From: Felis catus
Lineage: Eukaryota
Length of the DNA: 64,000 nucleotides
Assembly (NCBI RefSeq): GCF_018350175.1
Contig: NC_058368.1
Location: forward strand, 27,964,001 to 28,028,000
Direction: 5' to 3'
In this document: piece by piece, positions 12,570-25,615 of the stretch
How positions within the stretch are numbered: position 1 is the stretch's first letter
How the letters are laid out: each line of letters starts with the position of its first letter
Notes under the pieces: model-generated
What the model was told of the DNA's origin: nothing
Database searches by the model: none
The model's input: the letters and a program-made list of their open reading frames with translations, nothing else
Position numbers and translations under genes: made by a program

Positions 12570-12778
12570 GGGGCACCTGGGTGGCTCAGTTGTTTGAGCG
12601 TCCGACTTCGGCTCAGGTCATGATCTTGCAGTTTGTGGGCCTGAGCTCAGCTCAGAGCCTGGATGGAGCCTGCTGCGAATTCTGTGTCCCCCCCCCCCAC
12701 TCTCTCTGCCCCTCCCATTCTCAAGCTCTGTCTCTCTCTGTTTCTCAATAATAAATAAACATTAACAAAAAATTAAAA
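12570..12778 (+). mobile_element. CAN-SINE with internally altered B-box region
   Basis: ggggcacctgggtggctcagt head; TSD aaagaaatggct(gg) at about 12558 and 12779. Confidence 0.93.
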
Positions 12779-13272
12779 AAAGAAATGGCTGGAAATGTCC
12801 AAGTTATTATTTTTAAAAAGAAAAAGAAATACAAAAAATGCCAGAAGGAGTGAGATGATGAGAATAAAAGAAAAACTAATGAAATTGGAAAAAAAAAAAC
12901 TATAGAGAAGACAAAACCAAAAGGTGATCCTATGGAACAATTAATAAAATTGACAAATCTCTGGAAAAATTAGTCAAAAGACTGTGCACATAATTAAAAA
13001 GTGTTAAGAATGAAAAAGGGGACATGGCTAAAAATGCAGCAGAGATAAAAATATATTAAATAAATACATTAAGAAAAACTATGAAGACTCATGTTAACAT
13101 TTGAAAACGTAGATAAAAAAATTTCTAGAAAAATATGGCTTACTCAAACTCGCTCATGAAATATTAAAATTCTGAACAGCTATAGAATAACTACAAATTA
13201 AGTCAGTTAACAATATTTTATAAAGAAAGCTGTAGGCGTGGACAGCTTTATAAGAATCATACCAAACTTTCA

Positions 13273-13534
13273 GGGGTGCCTGGGTGGCTCAGTTGGTTAA
13301 GCATCTGACTCTTGATTTCAGCCCAAGTCACGATCTCGGCTCAGGTCCTGATTCCACGGTTCATGAGTTTGAGCCCTGTATTAGGCTCTGCACTGACAGT
13401 GTGGAGCCCGCTCGTGATTCATTTTCTTTCTCCCTCTCTCTCTTTCTTTCTCTCTCTCCCCCTCTCCCCCTTCTCTCTCTGCCCCTCCCTATTTCTGCTC
13501 TCTCTATACATATCAAAATAAATAAACTTAAAAA
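13273..13534 (+). mobile_element. CAN-SINE
   Basis: ggggtgcctgggtggctcagttgg head and long CT tract; about 21-bp TSD aagaatcataccaaactttca / aaggattataccaaactttca. Confidence 0.93.
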
Positions 13535-13954
13535 AAGGATTATACCAAACTTTCAAGCAATAATTTATTCCAATATCATATAAATTATTTCTGATAATCA
13601 AGAAAGAAAAAAAGAAAAAAAAAAGAAAAAGTCCTTAGCAAATATTTTGTCATGAATATAACCATGATATGAAAGCCCCCATAAAGACAATTAAAGACAG
13701 GAAAACTATTTATTCATGAACACAGATACAAAAAATCTTCTAAAAACTCAGCAACATATGAAAAAAATATCATCATCAATTTCGGTTCATCCCAGGAATA
13801 CATTGTTCATTTTACATGTGAAAATCCATTAGGTTAATTCATTAGATTAACAGATTAAATGGTCATTTGAATAGTACTAAATAAACTTCAACCATATGTG
13901 GTCCCCCACCTCTCCAAAAACCTTTCACTAAGATGAAGAATAGAAATTCTTCTT

Positions 13955-14192
13955 TTTTTTTTTATTTTTTTTAAAGTTTTTTTTTTCAACGTTTATTTAT
14001 TTTTTTGGGGACAGAGAGAGACAGAGCATGAACAGGGGAGGGGCAGAGAGAGAGGGAGACACAGAATCCGAAACAGGCTCCAGACTCTGAGCCATCAGCC
14101 CAGAGCCTGACGCGGGGCTCGAACTCATGGACCTCGAGACCGTGACCTGGCTGAAGTCGGACGCTTAACCGACTGTGCCACCCAGGCACCCC
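13955..14192 (-). mobile_element. Young felid SINE (SINEC_Fc-like)
   Basis: Diagnostic cagccaggtcacg and tgggctgatggctc motifs on the minus strand; 14-bp TSD tagaaattcttctt at 13941-13954 and 14193-14206. Confidence 0.95.
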
Positions 14193-14847
14193 TAGAAATT
14201 CTTCTTAATAAAAGAAGCAATGAATTGCTGTTCCCTAATACCTGTGTCGGAGAGCAGAGAGCAAGGGAGAGAGACAGAGGGACTGTGTATCTGTTCATAT
14301 ATATGCATCCTGTGGAGTGATAGAGTAGGTAACAATGATTGCAATTGAGGAAGGCAACTGGAAATTTGAGGAACAGGGTGGAAGGGAGATTTTTTTCTGT
14401 TTACCTCTTTGTGCACTTAAAATCTTGATTTACGTACATGGATTGCATACCCAAAATCAATGTTTAAAAAAACAAGGCTGAAGTTATAAAATATTACCAA
14501 TCTGTCATTAGTGAAAAGCCAGTGTTATTTCAACAGCAGATAACTGGTGAGATACGAGTACTCCGAGGGTTCCTGTGGAACAAAGATACCAGGACATTTG
14601 GGAGATCATAAAACACTCCACATTAGCTTTCTGTGTGTCCTGACTGAAACATATATATTCCCTAGAGGAAGGTAACAAAACAGCTTGAGGACTTAGAGAC
14701 CAAAATGAAACAAAACAAAACAAAACAAAACAAAAAAACATCCTTCTTCTTATGTATATAGTTTTCCTGGTAAAATACACTAGTGATCTAATTATCTAAT
14801 AGAATACTTTGAGTACCCACCCACCATGTACTAAGCACTATGTTAGA

Positions 14848-14853
14848 GTGTGT

Positions 14854-14887
<34 letters not shown>
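14848..14887. repeat. (TG)n microsatellite within an L2-like fragment
   Basis: Direct reading. Confidence 0.95.
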
Positions 14888-15090
14888 TGGGGGGAAGGGG
14901 ATGAGTTACAAAGGTGAGTAAGACATAGTCCCTGCTCTTAATGAACTTATCATCTACTTAGGAAGACAAGTCCAGCATACAAGAAACACTGTTTTTCTAT
15001 CTGTAAATAATTCAATTTATGTATGTGGATCTACGACCACTTCTTTTATTTTTTTAATTTTAATGAGCAAGTAATAAAAGACCATACAAG

Positions 15091-16683
15091 TTTTTTTTAA
15101 ATTTATATTTTATTATTTATTTATGTTTCAAGTTCCTTTTTAAATTTTAGTTAGTTAATATATAGCATAATATTAGTTTCAGGAGTAGAATTTAGTGATT
15201 CATCACTTACATACAACACCTGGTGCTCCTAACAAGTGCATTTCTTAATCCCCATCACCTATTTAGCCCACCTCCTCCCACCTCCTCTCTAGCGACCCTC
15301 AGTTTATTCTCTATAGTTAAGAATCTCTCTTTTTTTCCTTTCCCTTATGTTTATCTGTTTTGTTTCTTAAATTGAAATCATAAAGTGAAATCATAAAGTA
15401 GTCTTTCTCTGACTTATTTTGCTTAGCATAATATAATCTAGCTCCATCCATGTTGTTGCAAATGGCAAGATTTCATTCTTTTTAAAAAATTTTGTTTAAT
15501 CTTTATTTATTTTTGAGAGAGACAAGAGCATGAACAGGTGAGGAGCAGAGAGATAGGGAGACAGAATCAGAAGAAGGCTCCAGGCTCTGAGCTGTCAGCA
15601 CAGAGCCCGACATAGAGCTCGAACTCAACAAACCGCGAGATCATGACCTGAACTGAAGTCAGACGCTTAACTGACTGAGCCATCTAGGCGCCCCAAGATT
15701 TCATTCTTTTCGATGGCTGAGTAATAGTCCATTGTACATATATACACCACATCTTTATCCATTCATCAGTCAGTGGACATTTGGGCTCTTTCCATAATTT
15801 GGCTATTGTTGATAATGCTGCTATAAACATTGGAATGCTTGTATCCTTTCAAATCAGTATTTTTGTATCCTTTGAGTAAATACCTAGTAGTGCAATCCCT
15901 GGGTCATAGGGTAGCTCTATTTTTAACTTTTTGTGGAACCTCCATAGTGTTTTCCAAAGTGGCTGCACCAGTTTGCATTTGCACCAACAGTATAAGAGGG
16001 TTCCCCTTTCTCTGCATCCTTGCCAATGTCTGTTGTTTCTTATGTTGTTAATTTTGGCCATTCTGACAGGTGTGAGGTGGTAGCTCATCATGGTTTTGAT
16101 TTGTATTTCCCTGATGATGAGTGATGTTGAGTATCTTTTCACGTTTCTATTAGCCATCTGGATGTCTTCTTTGGAAAAGTGTCTATTCAATGTCTTCTGC
16201 CCATTTCTCAACTGGATTATTTATTTTTTGGGTGTTGAGTTTAATAAGTTCTTCATAGAATTTGGATACTAACCCTTTATCAGATATGTTATTTGCAAAT
16301 ATCTTTTCCATTCTGAAGGTTGCCTTTAGTTTTGTTGATTGTTTCCTTGGCTGTGCACAAGCTTTTTATCTTCATGAGGTCCTAATATTTCATTTTTGCT
16401 TTTGTTTCACTTGCCTCCGAAGACATGTTCTAGTGAGAAGTTGCTATGACCTATGTTAAAGAGGTTGCTGCCTGTATTCTCCCCCGGGATTTTGATAGTT
16501 TCCTGTCTCGCATTTAGATCTTTCATCCATTTTGAATTTATTTTTGTGTTTGGTGTAAGAAAGTCGTCCAGTTTCATTCTTCTGCATGCTTCTGTCCAGT
16601 TTTTTTCAACACCATTTGTTGAAGAGACTTTCTTTTTTTTCCATTGGATGTTCTTTCCTGCTTTGTTGAAGATTAGTTGACCA
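15091..16683 (-). mobile_element. 5'-truncated carnivore L1 (ORF2 3' part plus 3'UTR), interrupted by a SINE
   Basis: ORF 15849-16211 (-) gives [14 protein letters not shown]...[14 protein letters not shown]-rich tail at about 15091-15145. Confidence 0.93.
15483..15694 (-). mobile_element. CAN-SINE inside L1
   Basis: 16-bp TSD aagatttcattctttt at 15467-15482 and 15695-15710. Confidence 0.95.
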
Positions 16684-17201
16684 AAGAAAATACAGTTTTA
16701 AGAGCACTGAAATGGGAGGTTTCAGTCTAGTAGAATTGAACCAAAGGGAATGATGGGAGAAATCCTGGTCCTGAAGGAAAGCTGTTTCTGGACAGAGGGC
16801 TGGGAATTGGCTTACCTGGTGGGCCATCTTACAACTGTAGCTTTTCTGCTCTTTGCATGGAAGGATGCCTCTCCTTCTCTGCGTTAGGCATGGCTGACAT
16901 TACAGCCTTCCACTGGTATGCTCAAACAATATTGTTCAAGAGTGGAGAGTAGGAGTCAGTGTTGGAGAGTACCAATGTGTAAGTCAGAAGGGAGCGTTTA
17001 TGGTCATTTTATATTTTATTTTGAGGTGCTGAGTAAAGAACTCTTGGATGGACCTCTTTTCATTCAGTGAGTTGAAAAGGAAAAATCTAGGGCTGTCAAG
17101 TAGACAGGCCTAGATCCCCACTGACCATTTCCATCTCCTCTTAGATATGGAACGTGGGCAACCCACTGAGCCTTCACTTGCTCACTAAGAAATGTGGAAA
17201 A

Positions 17202-17296
17202 CTGGGGAAGACATGTGTGGGGCAGGCAGTATATGGGAAACCTCTGTTCCTCTCAATTCTGTTGTAAATCTAAAACTGTTCATAAAAAGTCTTTTA
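17202..17296 (+). mobile_element. Short L1MC1-like 3' end inserted in a MIR (MIR about 17090-17400)
   Basis: gtatatgggaaacctctgt.cctctcaatt.tg.tgtaaa.ctaaaactg resembles 52700-52770; 12-bp TSD aaatgtggaaaa (17190-17201) / aaatggggaaaa (17297-17308). Confidence 0.7.
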
Positions 17297-17696
17297 AAAT
17301 GGGGAAAATAACTACTTTGCAGTATTATTGTTAAGATTTAGTGAGCTGCTGATAAAGGACCGATTAAATATCTAGCAAGTTAAAACCATTAATTTTAATT
17401 ATTATTATAACTATAAACTGCCATTTTCTCCCCCAGGGCATGTCCGGGTCTGGAGGAGACATGCAAACCGTCCCCTCTGAGGGTCTCCTCATCCTCAGAT
17501 CAGTACCAGACATCACACCTAGCTATAATCTTTTAAAGCTTAATCTGCATTTCCAATTCACATTAGTAATAATACTAACAACCACAACTGTTCTCTATTG
17601 GTCACCTGCATCTGCCAGGCCCTGTGTGCAAGTAGCGTATATTACTGAAGACAGGCCCATACTTAAGGGCTACAACAGCTTAAGTCAATCTTGCAG

Positions 17697-17978
17697 AGAG
17701 AAGGAAGGAAAGGAAAGGAAAGGGAAGGGAAGGGAAGGGAAGGGAAGGGAAGGGAAGGGAAGGGAAGGGAAGGGAAGGGAAGGGAAGGGAAGGGAAGGGA
17801 AGGGAAGGGAAGAAAGAAGGAAGGAAGGAAGGAAGGAAGGAAGGAAGGAAGGAAGGAAGGAAGGAAGGAAGGAATGGGGAGGAAGGAAGGTTGGGAGGGA
17901 GGAGGGAAGGAAAGGAGGCAGGGAAGAAGAGAGAGAGGGAGAGGGGAAGAAAAGAAAAAAAGAAAAGGAAAAAAGAGG
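17697..17978 (+). repeat. Compound polypurine microsatellite (GGAAA/GGGAA/GGAA)n
   Basis: Direct reading. Confidence 0.97.
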
Positions 17979-18761
17979 TGAAATTAACAGGAATCTAATT
18001 GTAACAGTCAAATAACAAGACATCTTTCCTTCCCGGCCTCCTCCCTCATTTTCTACTCTCTATTTTTAGAACAAAGAAACAAATAAAACCTCCTATCAGA
18101 GATGTAGATGATATTGTTGATGTTGATTTGAATTCCAGGGATGTGCTGGTGGGTGGTTGTCTCAGGGGGATACTGACTGACAGCAAGTTGCCAACAGACA
18201 CAGGCAAAGAATACAAATTCTTTTTCTTAAATGGATACAAATGAGAATTTAGCTGCGGGAAGACTGCTGCACAGAGCAGGGGACCCACCATGAGCTCATG
18301 GTTGGAGATGCCGCTTCCCTAGCCCCTACATTTCCTGTATCAGGCCATCTAACCAGCGACACCACCTCAAGGGACTCATGATTTGGTCAGGCCCTGCCAG
18401 ACTGTATGCTGGACCTCCCCGGGTTGGGAGTGAGGTGGGGGGTGTCTTTATGCCTCTCTGGCGTTCTTGACAGTTGTGAGAGAGGAAAGTAGCAATGCTG
18501 TCGAGGCAAATTGCTCTTCAACTGTATCAATAACAAATTAGTATTCAGTGTACCAGGGTAGGAATGCATTTTGCCCTAGGGATGCTGACATCCCCTTCTC
18601 ATCAGTTTAGGAGCTAAAACAGTCCTGCACAGGGCTGGGTGAGGGACGCAGACTCCACCGAAGTGGTCAATCCAGGACTCTCTGAGATCTGGCCATCCCA
18701 AGTAGGATCACAATTTGATTCTGCTTGAAGTTCGGTCCTCACTGGTAGGCTCAGCAGTATC

Positions 18762-18837
18762 CAGGACTGAACGATACAGCTGTACAAGTTATGCACCGTA
18801 CAACTCTACAAAACCTTCACTTTTTATGATGGCCCTG
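18762..18837. mobile_element. Possible MER91-like (hAT-Tip100) MITE remnant
   Basis: caggactg..atacagctgtacaagttatgcaccgtacaactcta...gccctg resembles MER91 termini with an internal deletion. Confidence 0.4.
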
Positions 18838-21115
18838 GATTCTGCTCAGATTCCTGTCCTTCTGCCGCCCCAGTGATCACTGAACAGTGATCACTGATGT
18901 TTAGGATAATAAATAACCAAAAGTACTGCAAGGTCTCAGTAATCAAAAAAGAAGAAGATCTGCTTTCTATTTTATTCAGGTAGAAAATGGATAAATACAA
19001 TAAATGTCATGTTCTAAGATTTCAAAACAAGATATAAAAGAAAATCTCTACTTAATAAAAAAAATTGATTCCACAAATTCCATTTACTTAGGATTTTGCA
19101 ATATACAACTTATGTATCCTATTGTAATCACAGCAAAGAAAAATAGATTCTTGCTTTATCACCCTTTCCACAATGGAAAATCATTTTGTGAAGTTTTCAT
19201 TTCGGTAGGAGTTGACTTTTCAGTATCTAATATGTGAATCAAAAACCCATCAGTAGAAAGTGCGTAGTGGTTTGGGAGGTTAATTTATAATTCAAGCCTA
19301 TTCCCAGGTAATTCAGGAAGATATCAGTAACGATTGTACAGGATACACAGAAAATTAATACATTTTAAGGAGAAATGTAGACAGGATTGAATTAAGAAGG
19401 ATTCAGCTAGGCCTGTCTCCAGTTGGGGTAGAGTATAAACTCTCTCTCCAGATTGCCGTTAGATTAGCTGAAGCAGCAATGTCTTTGATTCCAAAATATA
19501 AGCGGCAATTAGCTCATACCCATTTATCTGAAAGCCTGCAGCGAAAACAGAGTTAAAGCCGCTTGCAGTTGGTGAAAGACTAGTGTTGAATTGGAATTAC
19601 ATTGTTTACTACAGCACTTTCCGATGAACAGCGAAATTTCCACTTTCAGATTTCTCAAGCTCAGATAACACAAATGATTTCATATCAGTAGCTCTCACCC
19701 ATTTTTCCCGCACAGAGAGCACTCTGGCTAAGCCAACCCCTCGCCCAGATGAGGAAAAGAGTCAAGGACTGAACACCTTGAGTGGGAGGAAATGACAATT
19801 GAACCAATTAGCCACGTTACAACCTCCTGCTAGTTTGAAGACAGGTTTTGTTCTAGCTTCTTTATGCTCAGAAATTTTTTACAAATGGTAATCATTATTC
19901 TATAATTACATGAAATGCCAGCTTGTGTGATCTCTCCTGAACCCTGTAAAGCTGCAAAGCAATTCATCTAGGCCATGATGAACTTTCTAAATTAGACACA
20001 ATATACTGATTTACTGTGGATGCAGCTAAAACCCGGTGGGGCAGCTGATTACTTATGGTTATAAATATTAACAAATGAGCAAGGAAGTTTTTGAATTTCC
20101 TCTCTCATTCGCAGCTGCGCGTGCGCACACACACACGCACACACACACAGCCTCCTTTCATGAGCTAAATTGATGTTCAAGTATAATTTTCAAAATGATA
20201 AAATCATAACTCTTACAGAAATTTAACATGAGTCGATGATTTTATTTATCTCTTTATTTAAAGGAGAATCAATAAGATGTTTCTAGAGAATTTGAAGATT
20301 GGGCAATGGGGAATGAGGAAATGAATTTGCTCACAGATGCAGAGCAGGTTAATATCCTGTAAGGAGATAATGTTTGGGGTAGCCTTCTCCATAGGTCGAC
20401 AATCCTTTGTCCACCTACCAGATAAAATGTATTTATATTGCTATGGATAAGAATCACGTACACTGCACTCAATTTCCTACAACTTCATTCTCCCACTACA
20501 GAGTTACAAAATACTCAGTGGAAACTGGCCAAAGGCAGAATTTCTACAGAAACCAGCAATCCCTGAAGGTCAGATAGACAATGCCCAGCACACCCAGGGT
20601 GCAAGACGCCCAGCAGTCTCCTTTGCCATTTGAAAAATGTGGCCTTTTTTTCTGACAGTCAGCTAACGTGCACTGATCTTACTCCTATGTCAGAGGGAGA
20701 GAAAAGGTATCTGGCGAGAAATCAGGTAGATCATTCAAACCCACACAAAAGGGCTTAATGAGGCTAAGGCCAAGATTTCAGAAATTTAGAGCTAGAAGGG
20801 GTTTTAGAGATCACCTAAGATGTTCATTTTGCGGGAAATAAGTCTGAGACCTTCTTCCTGGCAGTTGAAAGAAGATCTTAAACCACCTTGATCAGGTGCC
20901 TTAAGCTCTGTGGAGTTTGCCTCAGGAAACTCCTTTCTTCTTTGGTGTAAAGAATCTCCTTTTTCCTCCCTCATTCACACCCTGAACCACCCCGGAGAGG
21001 TTTCCTTTTTTATTCAGGAATAATCAGAGTTAAAAGACACAGAAAAAACATTTATCAGTGTAATATTGCTTTTCAATCATGTATGCATGCTCTAAGCTTT
21101 TTTTAGCTGTTACAT

Positions 21116-21218
21116 TTTTTAATTGAAGTATAATTAATACACAGTGTTATATTAGTTTCAGGTGTACAATATAATAACTCAACAATTCTATACATTGCTC
21201 AGTTCTCATCAAGATAAA
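21116..21218 (-). mobile_element. Short carnivore L1 3' end
   Basis: Reverse complement of the L1 3'UTR at about 8100-8200 (cagtgttatattagtttcaggtgta). Confidence 0.8.
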
Positions 21219-23503
21219 AAAAGTTTTAATGGAATGATAGGACATTTAAAATGTTAGTTCAAATAACTGATGTGGCATACTATGGAAAATAGTCAACCTA
21301 CTTTTATGTCCAAAAGGTTGATAACCTCTCAACCCCACAGAACTAGAGGATGATGGGGACCCCACTCCCCACTCTGTGTCCTCACTCTTTGGAATATCTG
21401 CTTGGTTGGGCAAGCTAATATTCTTCTGTATCCTAAACAGAGCCACCACTCCCCCAAACTGTTATGCTCAGGAAGAACAAAGTATCCCCCCAAATAAAAC
21501 ATCCCAGTTTTAGGTCTGCTTTTTTTTTTTTTTAATTTCAAAGAGTATACTTATATAATTCATCTTTTCCTAGGGCTTTGTATGCATAGCTCATTCAGAT
21601 CAGGGGTAGAATCTACATGATCAGACTCCCACACATTTAACATTGACCAAACACAAGATAGTGTTGCTCTGTGTCATTAGATATATGCTATCTAATTGGT
21701 AGATTAAAGATACTTATTAGTTAAAATTACATTGGTGCCGGTAGGAATAAATGGCTTCTCAAAATTTATAGTTCATAAAAAGTCAGATTCTGATTACTGT
21801 AATTATTTCTTTCAAAATGTAAAGCATATGAATTTTTCACATTAATGAGAGAAAAACAGAAAGGAAGCGGGACCAAAAAAAAATGAATCTTATTTTTCAC
21901 CTTGTTTTTGTCTTCAAGTGTTAGGCTAAATTGCTATTTTGGTCAAATTCAGTGCATCTCTGTCAACATTTTCAAGGCGTGGATGGAATGAACAAAGCTG
22001 CATTGTCACCCCCAAATTCAATTTAGAAATTTCATAGTGAGAAATATTTGTGTGAATGTAGAGTTCTGAAGGAGCTAACAGTACCTGTCATTTGGTTTCT
22101 TGGGCGTTTTGCATGTTTTATTCCGAACACTTCCCATTTTATCTGCACTCTCCACCCCACCCCCTCCGTAGTAATTATTACAAGGAACAAAGAACTTGAG
22201 CCTGCCTCCTAGCTCTGAAAACAACTTCGTTGTACCCCAAGCCTAAATGAGGCATGCAAAAAAATGGAATCATTCCTAATGAAGAAGATATTCTGCCCCA
22301 CTAGGGATAGATAACCCATTTATTGCCCCAGAAGAAAGAATTTTGTTACAAATTTAGTTAATGATGCAAATAGATACACTTCACCTGTTAAGGGGAACTC
22401 GTCTATTATGAAGGGCGGTAAAACAAGATTTTTTGTGTTGTTTTTGTTTGTTTTGGTCTGTGAAGAAATGAGCCTTATTCAAAGATGACACAGATACAAA
22501 GTAGAGTATAAAATGTGAACCTGTGTCATTCCCGTGATAGAAATATCAGATACCAGACACAGAAAAGAGGAAAGCTTGGCATATTGGGAAACCACCACTA
22601 TTTCCTCTCCTCCATCACATCTGAGATAATAAGAAATGCTGATCATGAGCCATCAGACTGACAATCATGCATAAATTGCTCTTGACTACTCAGCAGGGGC
22701 AAAGTGATGAAATTTTACAACACAAGATGGAAAGATCTCCATCAGGACTCAGCGTGAGGTTGCTGGGGCAGCCTCCTGTTGCTTTTACTTCTCGTGGGGA
22801 AATCCTGTTTCCCTGAAACGTCCCGGGGCAAGCAACCTCAGTACCTTCTGAGCAGTCCAGCCTCGAGAGTAGTCACTTGGGGCTCAAACCCAGGATCAAC
22901 AGAGGCTTTCTGGCTCTCAGAGCTGCCTTCTCCAGAGTATGTCCTTTGCCCACATGTGAAGAAGCATCAAAGCACATTGCCTGCCATCTGGAACTTATTG
23001 TTCAATGATTACATTTTGGTGCCAAAATTATGAATTCAAACTTAAATTTTCCTATTTTGGGGGGGGGGCGGGGTTCCCATCTTGAGGATATCCTGTGTGG
23101 GCTCTTTCTGAGGCAGAGAACAGAAACAGGCTCAGGGTACATTAGTTAATGAGATACATAGGGAAGTATAAAAACCTGGATGCTGTCTCAAAAGCATACA
23201 GCTAAGGGTCACAGAGGATTGGGACACATTTATCACATGTAGCATATGACCCCAGCTCTGATGGTTTGACAGTAGCTTGAGGGCCAGAATAGAAATTTTA
23301 TTTCTGAACCAAGTTTATGTTTCAGTTCCTGCGTCTACTTTTCCCTTCAACTGCTTCTTTTTGCTACTTTGGTATCAACTTCTTTTGCTCTCCTTTTCTC
23401 TGCTTTGCACGCTCTCTACTTAGGTCGCTGCTCGTTCATGGCTTCTGCTCGCTGCCTTCACGCTCTACCTCTCTACGTCTGGATCACTCTGTATTCTACT
23501 GGC

Positions 23504-23934
23504 TGTAAGCCCTCACTCAAACCCTCGCAAAGAGAACCTGCCCAAGGCCGCTAGTCCTGGGGCTGCAGGAGGGTGAGGGAGACGCTGGTCCTTGTCTCAC
23601 GGAGTCCAAGAATGAAGTTGGCAGACAACAGAGCGAGCAAAACGATAGAGTTTATTAAGGGAAAGTATAAAGCTCTCAAGAGTGATAGGGGTCCCAACTG
23701 GGGAGCCGCTGAAGATTTTTGTCCCTGACTTTTTATTGGGACCTTATCAGAAAGTTTGTGAGACTTCATGCATGGCACCTAGACTGGATAGGTCCGGAAC
23801 ATGTGTATCTTATCCACTTCTTCCCCAAACTCCGCTGCCATTGCTGCTTCCGCAGCCCCCCACTTGCAGCTGTAGCCTGCCTCCCTGAAGGTCCCTTATC
23901 TCTCCCTGCCTACTGTTGACCCTTTCCCTACTCA
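23504..23934 (-). mobile_element. ERV solo LTR (about 430 bp)
   Basis: Minus strand runs TGAGTAGGG...GCTTACA (TG...CA), with a TATA-like AATAAAAA (~23735) followed by a poly(A) signal AATAAA (23651-23656); CpG-retaining body. Confidence 0.65.
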
Positions 23935-24738
23935 CTTGTGCATATGGTGGGCCCTTACTGGCCAGAGATCTTGTGCTAGGCACCCCGAGCGCCCCTGCCA
24001 GCTCACAGATGACAGCCACCTATCTCTGGTCTGGTCTGCTGTGACCACAGTGACAGGGACACGCAAAAACATGATGACCTACAAGAAAGGAAACATGCAG
24101 AAGAGAGGATGGAGTGGGTCCTGCGTATGGACAATGAGAAGAGGCCAATGAGATCTGCAGCTATAGGAATTCATAGTTCCGAATCTGTGATTTCAAGATT
24201 TTGAAGCAGACAGGAAGCCAAGCCAGTTTGGTGTGATATTTTTGGATCTGACTCTTCACCTACAGATGAACTAGACACTGAAGGAGGAAAGAGCCTGAGG
24301 GCTATTGATTCCCTGCAGTAAGGAAATGGAAAAAAAGGCAAATAGAGTTTTTATTACTTTCCTCATGTGATGCAGGATAATATCAGTGTTCAAGTGTTTG
24401 ATTCAACCAGCATTAATCTGATTGCCAACAATCTGCAGTACTCCTCTAAGAAGACACGCTATAGCCACAGAGTAGGGCCATAACTCTTGAAAATGTACCA
24501 CTAAGGCCATCCCTACACTCACATATACTAAGGTTATCAGACAGTTGCAATAAAAATCTATTAATAAAAATTGGTTGGCTAAAACTCTACATATATGTTA
24601 TAGGACATTTATTAATCACTCTAATCAGATCTCATCTGTTACACTAAATTGTGCAGCTTTTGATCATTTAAAAAATTTCCCCCAAACTCATCATTTACTT
24701 CTAAACAATGAAATGTGTATATCTTTTTAAAAGCTAGA

Positions 24739-24890
24739 AACTGAGAACAAACTGAGGGTTGACGGGGGGTGGGAGGGAGGGGAGGGTGGGTGATGGGTAT
24801 TGAGGAGGGCACATTTTGGGATGAGCACTGGGTGTTGTATGGAAACCAATTTGACAATAAACTTCATATATTGAAAAAAAATAAAAAAAT
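24739..24890 (+). mobile_element. Very short young L1_Fc 3' end
   Basis: About 5 mismatches over about 130 bp against the 3'UTR of the L1 at 8505-9904; A tail; TSD aaaagctaga at 24729-24738 and 24891-24900 at a TT|AAAA site. Confidence 0.95.
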
Positions 24891-25615
24891 AAAAGCTAGA
24901 GGTCACATTATGTAGAATCCACACTCAGACTATCATATTCATTGATTAATAGATTACCCATGACACTATTTTTTTTTTCCTACACAGCCTTTTAGCATTG
25001 AAAGTGAAACAAAATACTGACCTGGTTTCTAAAAATTTGTAGTGTAGTTTCTTTGCTGAAAACAAAACAAAACAAAACAAAACATTTCTACCTAGCAAGA
25101 GATATTGTTCCCTCATGGGAAGTAAAACATCATGTCCAAGGCACTGATTTCCTTATTTTAAAAAATGGAGAAAATGCTTCATTCCTCTTGACAGCATTCA
25201 GAATTGTATTATTTCATCAAAATAGAATGATATCTGAAAGAACACAATATACTGACTTTTCAAAAGGAAATCTTGTATCAAAAGGCAGCTCTGTGTCACT
25301 GCTATTAGAAGTAATTATCTTGAATATCAGAACTCTAAGAAATTGTTTTAAAATATAAATATGACCTATGTCCCCCAAACCTTATTATCACTTTCCTCAG
25401 GAACTCTGAACCTACTTGTATTGTTAAGTTTGTAACAAAAAGTAACGCTCTTTAAAAATTTATTTTCCTACTAGGAAGATGAAAGTTAGACAAATGCTGT
25501 TTAAGTCATGAGCATTATTAAATCATTAAAGAGGTTCAGCATTATTGAGTGCTTCTGCACTGTCAGCCTTCTAGACAATGGATGCTACTTGGAAATCAGA
25601 CCTATAGTTTACAAG

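Larger units (their letters stand above)
12250..13950 (+). mobile_element. Old L1 (L1M-type) ORF2 5'/central relic, interrupted by SINEs
   Basis: A-rich degenerate ORF2 landmarks: aacttgtg..gtgca.gtaaa, gagggaaaattatag.cttgaatgc, aataaaattgacaaa.ctctgg, catgaacacagat.caaaa, ggttcatcccaggaat. Confidence 0.7.

Noticed and set aside
17440..18015. 191-aa ORF and overlapping ORFs with GKGRE/GRKE repeats
   Set aside because: Open only because the purine microsatellite has no stop codons; the same applies to 34061-34591, 34226-34672 and 40580-40811.
19975..20048. ATGATGA...CTGA pattern resembling a C/D box snoRNA
   Set aside because: No terminal stem, no recognisable rRNA or snRNA guide and no evident host gene.
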